Positions 58,399 through 64,000 of a stretch of DNA of 64,000 nt are shown here, piece after piece. The stretch spans positions 832,001-896,000 of the forward strand of contig OY820579.1 of NCBI GenBank assembly GCA_963681965.1, given 5' to 3'. The position numbers and the translations under genes were made by a program. Source of the DNA: a bacterium (GTDB taxonomy: Bacteria > Electryoneota > JAOADG01). Position 1 is the stretch's first letter; each line of letters opens with the position of its first letter. The notes beneath the pieces are model-generated. The model was not told the origin of the DNA, did no database searches, and saw only the letters and a list, made by a program, of their open reading frames with translations.

Positions 58399-60240
58399 CT
58401 ATCCCTCTTTACTCCACTTCCGAAGAAGTTGTCGCGCTGGATCTTCCTCCGGTCGACCGGGATATTGTTTCAGAATAAGCTCCAAGTCTTTCAAGGCATC
58501 GGCAACCGCGCCACGGCGAAACCGGGCTTGAGCCCGTTCCAGTAATAAACCCGGTAAACGTGGTTCGGCAGGAAAATGAGCGAGCAATTTGTCAACCCAT
58601 TGTTCACTTTCGATCGATCCGTTTAGCCAGATGATTACCCGGGAAATGGTCTCGCGAGCGGCATCGTCGTATGGTGGTAACGCACGATCGATGGCTGCCG
58701 ATTGCGTAAGTGGGCGGTGAAAGACATACTCGCGCTCACCGGCACGAAGTAATTGTAACAATGCCGGTCGTTTGATCAGTGCATTCCAGAGTATTCGCCA
58801 GCGTATCGCGTCGACACTGGCACGATCGTCGAAGCGAATTTGATCCAAGGTCGATAACGAAGCCGTTACCACAGAATCGGGCGAATTTCCCAACACACTG
58901 ATCACAAATCCTTGTAACAACAACGTTCCAAACCAGAGTGCATAATCGGGGGTGTTAATCGATAGACCGCCATTTTTATGCATCTCGGCTTTGGATAAAT
59001 CGCCTGCAGCCAGTGCCGCATCGACCATTAACGTACGAGTCTCGGTCTGATGTACTGCATGGGGGTGCCGGAACGCGCGATCGGCATATTTCAATGCATC
59101 ATCGGGATGACCCGGTAAATAACTTGTCGCAATTTTTTGAGCGGCAATTTCGGATTCGGGTTCTGATGGAAATTTATCTAACACAATATTCCAGCGTTCA
59201 CGCGCTTTAACCGAATCGCCTTGTTGCCATTCTAGTTGTGCCAGCAACGACAAGACATAGGGCGTTTCAATCCGTTGTCGCCGGAGGGCGGTTTCCAGCG
59301 CTTTTCGAGCGATAGTCGTTTCACCTTCGGATAATAATTGCGAAGCCAATTGCAGCAATCGACTGCCATTGGCGCCGGTAAGCGAATCCACCAAAGCGAT
59401 TGCGTCAAAGGTGGCATCGTATTGACGGGAACGAAACAGTATTGTTGCTTTTAGACCGTAAATCGCAGCGACGATTGCCGGACTGGTCTGCGCTTTAATG
59501 GCTTGATTGAATTCATTGCACAATGTCGAAGTTACTTCTTCGTCGTCGCTGAATTGTGCCAACCAAAATGTCCATTGTCCTTCGGTAGCAGGATTGATCT
59601 TTACTTGCTGAATCGCTTCCAGTGCCGCCTCTTTCGGATTCATAGTCAGCAGGTAAAGTTGGAACAACTGGTAGCCGAATGCCGTGGGATTGTTCAGCGT
59701 TTTTCGACCCTCTTGCATGAGTCGTATCGCTTCGTCAGTGATATTGTAAGACACCAGAATTGAGTAAAGCGAATTGTAGCTATTTTCATTGCGATTGACT
59801 GAGATTGCATTGTTCCAATGAATCCGCGCACCGGAAAAATCGCCGCGTTTCCAAAGCGAAGCCCCGTATTCGCCCTCGATTTGCGCTTTCAAATAGGGTG
59901 GTGCCTTCGGAAGATACTCTTTCCAAAGCGCTTCCATTTCCTCGTATTGACGCAATCGCCCTAGTATTCTACCAACTTGCAACCACCCATTCGGATCGGA
60001 AGGATTTGCTTCTTTGTACTGTTGGAAAGCGGCGAGTGCCTCTTCCAACTTCCCTTGGAACTCAAGTTGTTGTCCCTGTTGCAATAGTCGTTGATTCGTC
60101 TGTTGCGGTTGGAGAACTCGTGCCGGACCAGTGGTCGCTGAAATCGACCGTTGCTGTGCTATGCCAATTGTGGCGAATAGGAAGACAATAATTCCAATCG
60201 CTCGAATAGCCGTGAAGTAATTTCGCTGGTATTTCGACAA
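58399..60240 (-). CDS. Secreted tetratricopeptide-repeat protein
   Basis: Signal peptide; multiple TPR-like helices (GKLEEALAAFQ, GDFSGARIHW, A.ERW..VL..FP, L..YP). Confidence 0.75.
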   Translation of the reverse strand: MSKYQRNYFTAIRAIGIIVFLFATIGIAQQRSISATTGPARVLQPQQTNQRLLQQGQQLEFQGKLEEALAAFQQYKEANPSDPNGWLQVGRILGRLRQYEEMEALWKEYLPKAPPYLKAQIEGEYGASLWKRGDFSGARIHWNNAISVNRNENSYNSLYSILVSYNITDEAIRLMQEGRKTLNNPTAFGYQLFQLYLLTMNPKEAALEAIQQVKINPATEGQWTFWLAQFSDDEEVTSTLCNEFNQAIKAQTSPAIVAAIYGLKATILFRSRQYDATFDAIALVDSLTGANGSRLLQLASQLLSEGETTIARKALETALRRQRIETPYVLSLLAQLEWQQGDSVKARERWNIVLDKFPSEPESEIAAQKIATSYLPGHPDDALKYADRAFRHPHAVHQTETRTLMVDAALAAGDLSKAEMHKNGGLSINTPDYALWFGTLLLQGFVISVLGNSPDSVVTASLSTLDQIRFDDRASVDAIRWRILWNALIKRPALLQLLRAGEREYVFHRPLTQSAAIDRALPPYDDAARETISRVIIWLNGSIESEQWVDKLLAHFPAEPRLPGLLLERAQARFRRGAVADALKDLELILKQYPGRPEEDPARQLLRKWSKEG

Positions 60241-60276
60241 CTTGCGTTCCTGTGTTTATTTGGAAATTTGAATTCG

Positions 60277-60939
60277 TTATGCCGGGTGCGCTTTCACCAG
60301 TGGTACGAAACTGACTGCCAGTAAATTCGTTCGAGACAACCCCGAGCTGGTTTTCTCGTACAGTATTAGATTTTGTATATCTCCCGGTCGACCGATCGGA
60401 ATGATCATTCGCCCCTCAGGTGCCAGTTGATCGATTAAGACTTTTGGTAAGTCTTCCGAAGCGGCTGCAACAATGATCGCATGGTACGGTGAATGTGTTT
60501 TCCACCCTTTCCGACCATTCCCGGTTTCAATGTGTACGTTGTTGTAGTGCAACGCTTGACAGTTCGCTTCGGCAGTTTGTGCCAATTCCGGAATAATCTC
60601 GACTGCGAAAACTTCGGTAACGATTTGCGCCATCACTGCCGCTTGATAACCTGAACCTGCCCCAATTTCTAAGACCCGGTCGGATGGCGATAGCCGCAAT
60701 TTTTCAATCATATATGCTACGATATACGGTTGCGAAATCGTCTGCCGAAATCCAATATGAATTGGATAATCTTCATAGGCTTCGTTTCGATATTCAATCG
60801 GGACAAATAAGTGCCGGGGAACCGACAGCATCGCATCGAGCACTGTACGATCGTGAATTCCGCGCCATTCAATTTGCTCCTGCACCATTTTTACGCGGGC
60901 AGCGGTATATTGTTCCTCGGATTGTCGATCGTTTTTCAT
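60277..60939 (-). CDS. pcm: Protein-L-isoaspartate O-methyltransferase
   Basis: VPRHLFV, QTISQPY, VLEIGAGSGYQAA, LIDQL...GR, FVPL. Confidence 0.96.
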   Translation of the reverse strand: MKNDRQSEEQYTAARVKMVQEQIEWRGIHDRTVLDAMLSVPRHLFVPIEYRNEAYEDYPIHIGFRQTISQPYIVAYMIEKLRLSPSDRVLEIGAGSGYQAAVMAQIVTEVFAVEIIPELAQTAEANCQALHYNNVHIETGNGRKGWKTHSPYHAIIVAAASEDLPKVLIDQLAPEGRMIIPIGRPGDIQNLILYEKTSSGLSRTNLLAVSFVPLVKAHPA

Positions 60940-60959
60940 CGCGACAGCATTGCTTGTAA

Positions 60960-63485
60960 CTACCGCACTTTAACAACTAACAGCGTTAGATCGTCTTCGA
61001 ACGATTCGCTACCGTGAAAATCTACAACGGAGCGATAAATTGCATCAACCATCTTTGCCGGTGTTTCGGTGCGATTGTTCTCAACGACCTCTAGCAGTCG
61101 CGGCATCCCGAATTCATTCTCGGAACGGTTCATCGCTTCGGTGACACCATCGGTGTATAAAATGATCCAATCTCCCGATTCAAGTTGCTGTCTGCCGAGT
61201 TGGTATTCCGGATTAGGAAAACATCCCAGTAGTAAACCACCATCAGTTAATTCAACCGAGGTGCCATCCGTTTTAACTAATAATGGAGGGTTATGCCCCG
61301 CATTGATAAACCGGAATTCTTTGTTCTTGGGATCGAAAATACCGGTAAAGAAAGTGATAAACTGTTCCGGATCGGTGTTCCGGAAAATATGATGATTGAT
61401 ACGCCGAACGATTTCTTCCAGTGGTTCATTGACATCGATCGCAGTATGAAACGATGCTTGCAGATTCGCCATCAGCATTGCCGCTCCGGCGCCCTTACCG
61501 ACAACATCCCCGACCGCAAGAACCGTTTGGTTGTCTGGCAGCGAAAAGATGTCGTAGTAATCGCCGGCAACTTCAACGCAAAACACACTTTTTGTGGCAG
61601 AAGTTAAGCCATCCGTCGCCGGGATGACCTGCGGCAGAAAACCCATTTGAATGCGGCGTGCGATCGACAACTGCTCTTCCAATCGCTTCTTCTCGATACT
61701 CTCTTCGCGTAGTCGCAGATTTTCGTGTGCCATAGCAATCTGCGCACCTAGCGATGAAAGAATTGTCATATCGTGCGGGGTAAAGTCCTGTTGATCGGTT
61801 TTAAATCCGAGACCGACAAATCCGACCAACCGGGTTTGAACCACCAATGGAATGACGAGTGCAATCTGTTTTTCCCGTAACCATTCTTGTTCACCCGGTA
61901 ACATCTCGATACGTTTACTGCCGATCAATTCATCAATCAATACCGGTCGCTTTTCCAGTTCCAGCAACTGAATAAATTGGCTTTCCTTGCTGAATGGTGC
62001 ACTTCCAGTCGGTTTGTCGCGATATCCTTCGGTTTCCGCTTTTTGTAGAACCGGAACGACAAAATCGACATAAAGCCCTTCGCGGAGCCGGTCGCGTAAT
62101 TCCTGCCAGAGCGATTCCCGATCCGGGATCATGACCAATTTTTGAAGAAATTCGGCGAACATTTCCCGTAAATACATTCGCTCCGGATAGTACTTGCGCT
62201 CCAGCCAGAGCTGGATTCGTTGTTGCGTCGGAGTAATGCCCAGGGTAAAAAGAATCGCGATCAGCAGTGTCGGTGCCCGGTCGGTAATATTGGCATAGGA
62301 TAACAACAGACCACTAATAAAGTAGACCGTTAAGAAGACCGCTAGCGAGAGTAAACCGGTAACAATCAGGTATCGCGTACCACGGCGGAGCTTCCCCTCG
62401 ATATCCAACAACCGGTAGCGACCCATCGCATAAGCATACATTGCTGGTGTGACCAACAAGACGGCAAAGGTAATATTGGAGAGGATTACCCGGGTCATGG
62501 GCGATAAGAAAATGAACGACACCTGGGATACCGTTATCAGCAAGAGGTAGAGTGCAAGTGGAATTAATCCGATCACCGAACCCAAGAGCACTAATTTCAA
62601 TTGTCGACGTTCCAAACCGGGTGCGCTGGTTTTGTAATTCCGCCACAGAATCCAAAGACCCGATCCGATCTGAACCATAAAAACAAGCTGAATAAAGATT
62701 TGGATGAAACGAAAATTTTGCTGAGTTTGGAATCGGATCAGCATCATTGCGATTGTCTGCAGCGAATAGAGTGCGATATACTTGAGTGCCGGTCGAGACT
62801 TAAGAAATGGATGCTTGTGCGGAAATACCAACTGCAAGTGCAACCAAAATGTTTCCAGATAAGTGATCAGGATCAAACCAAGAAGTTGAATGACAATCGG
62901 GAACGGTATGGCAATGGTCGCAAATTGTTCAGGTAAGAATTGAAATCCGGTGATGATATACATTGCCATCGCAAGGCAAAACAACATCAGCACTCGAACA
63001 CTTTCACTGGCGGTTCGTTTGTAAAACGCCCAAATCGCAACGAATGTAAAACCTAACCCCAGCAACCCTTGAAAGAAATTAATTAGAATGATTGCAAATA
63101 ATTTCCAATTTTCGCGTGGTCGAGGCACCAATTCGGTTCGAGTGAGTGTTCCCTTGTGAGTAAATGTGACGGGTATTCGGGTACCGGGAGGAACGTCGAC
63201 CCGATAGATCTTACTGAAACTCATCAACGAAATCGGTTTATCGTAAATTGTGATCAACGTATCGGTAAACCGGGGAGTCACACCTGATGGAAAATCGGCA
63301 GGATTGACATAAGTAAAAATGAGTAACGTGTCGTTGGGATTGGGAATCGAAAATTCGGTTTCGACGACACCGGATTTACTCCACCGTGGGATTTTGGAAA
63401 TATCGACGGCAAGTATCATTACCACTGATACCAGTACCAGCGCACAGACGATCCAACTGACGATTCGTAAGATTTTGTTTACCAT
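60960..63485 (-). CDS. Membrane-bound PP2C/SpoIIE (RsbU-like) phosphatase with periplasmic, multi-TM and GAF regions
   Basis: IARRIQ..FLP, VAGDYYD, GDVVGKG, NAGHNPP, YTDGVTEA, DDLT. ATG 63485 preferred because 63548 overlaps the pepA terminator. Confidence 0.9.
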   Translation of the reverse strand: MVNKILRIVSWIVCALVLVSVVMILAVDISKIPRWSKSGVVETEFSIPNPNDTLLIFTYVNPADFPSGVTPRFTDTLITIYDKPISLMSFSKIYRVDVPPGTRIPVTFTHKGTLTRTELVPRPRENWKLFAIILINFFQGLLGLGFTFVAIWAFYKRTASESVRVLMLFCLAMAMYIITGFQFLPEQFATIAIPFPIVIQLLGLILITYLETFWLHLQLVFPHKHPFLKSRPALKYIALYSLQTIAMMLIRFQTQQNFRFIQIFIQLVFMVQIGSGLWILWRNYKTSAPGLERRQLKLVLLGSVIGLIPLALYLLLITVSQVSFIFLSPMTRVILSNITFAVLLVTPAMYAYAMGRYRLLDIEGKLRRGTRYLIVTGLLSLAVFLTVYFISGLLLSYANITDRAPTLLIAILFTLGITPTQQRIQLWLERKYYPERMYLREMFAEFLQKLVMIPDRESLWQELRDRLREGLYVDFVVPVLQKAETEGYRDKPTGSAPFSKESQFIQLLELEKRPVLIDELIGSKRIEMLPGEQEWLREKQIALVIPLVVQTRLVGFVGLGFKTDQQDFTPHDMTILSSLGAQIAMAHENLRLREESIEKKRLEEQLSIARRIQMGFLPQVIPATDGLTSATKSVFCVEVAGDYYDIFSLPDNQTVLAVGDVVGKGAGAAMLMANLQASFHTAIDVNEPLEEIVRRINHHIFRNTDPEQFITFFTGIFDPKNKEFRFINAGHNPPLLVKTDGTSVELTDGGLLLGCFPNPEYQLGRQQLESGDWIILYTDGVTEAMNRSENEFGMPRLLEVVENNRTETPAKMVDAIYRSVVDFHGSESFEDDLTLLVVKVR

Positions 63486-63546
63486 GGATTCCAAGAGTAT
63501 TACCGGATTTATCACCGATAATATCGCATACGAAAACAGTACCGAC

Positions 63547-63578
63547 AAACAAAAGGCGGGATTTTCGTCCCGCCTTTC
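63547..63578 (-). terminator. Intrinsic terminator of pepA
   Basis: Minus strand GAAAGGCGGGA-cgaaaa-TCCCGCCTTTT-GTTT. Confidence 0.75.
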
Positions 63579-63601
63579 GGTATCCGTCCAAAGATCGGAT
63601 T

Positions 63602-64000
63602 TTACATCACCCAGTTACGCATCAATTCGAACAGCAATCGGACGCCAACACCAGTTCCCAAACCTTTGGGATAGATGGCTTTGTCTTTGACGTCGTTAGC
63701 CGTCCCTGCGATATCCAAGTGAACCCATGGAGTATCGCCCACGAATTCCTTGAGGAACAGTGATGCCGTGATCGATCCACCGTCGCTGCCACCGACATTC
63801 TTTACATCGGCAACATCGCTCTTCAACTGTTTGCGGTAGTCGTCCCACATTGGCATCCGCCAGCACCGCTCGCCCGACCGCTCGCCAGCTTCGATGATCT
63901 TGTTGGCAAGTTCGTCGTCGTTCGAGAACAGACCGGTGGCATTATGACCCAGGGCAACCACAATTGCGCCGGTAAGGGTCGCGATATCGATTACGCCGCG
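63602..64000 (-). CDS. pepA: Leucyl aminopeptidase (M17), 3' part only
   Basis: [51 protein letters not shown]; runs off the window edge. Confidence 0.93.
   Translation of the reverse strand, partial: RGVIDIATLTGAIVVALGHNATGLFSNDDELANKIIEAGERSGERCWRMPMWDDYRKQLKSDVADVKNVGGSDGGSITASLFLKEFVGDTPWVHLDIAGTANDVKDKAIYPKGLGTGVGVRLLFELMRNWVM

Overview
Bacterial chromosomal window, mostly housekeeping genes, with no CRISPR array, prophage, rRNA or transposase visible. An FCB-group relative is inferred from a secreted protein with a T9SS-type C-terminal sorting domain (QNYPNPFN...TQKIVLLK) and a GldA/F/G-type ABC operon. Core content: Ser/Thr kinase, HD-GYP regulator, surE, amidase, a scoAB/acyl-CoA dehydrogenase/thiolase cluster, recJ, RNase P RNA, tRNA-Ile2(CAU), dapL, purA, secDF, yhaM, LTA-synthase-family sulfatase, the yceD-rpmF-plsX-fabHDG-acpP-fabF-rnc operon, pcm, a PP2C phosphatase and pepA (partial). 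The most unusual part is about 46.5-55.0 kb. Three dense intergenic arrays there mix many different GTAG/CTAC-footed REP-like palindromes, and related copies show compensatory stem changes. Seven such palindromes also sit in frame inside the N-terminal domain of a 903-aa secreted SBBP/T9SS protein. The same gene is a compositional mosaic: an AT-rich central repeat region is bounded sharply by conserved motifs and flanked by GC-richer ends. Other candidates are a Zn-ribbon + beta-rich + HEPN (RNRIVH) orphan, a pair of pilin-like proteins without a class III signal, an RNase P RNA with a compensated non-canonical P4 helix, and apparent HIP1-like enrichment of CGATCG. All protein calls come from motif recognition by eye; no database searches were run.
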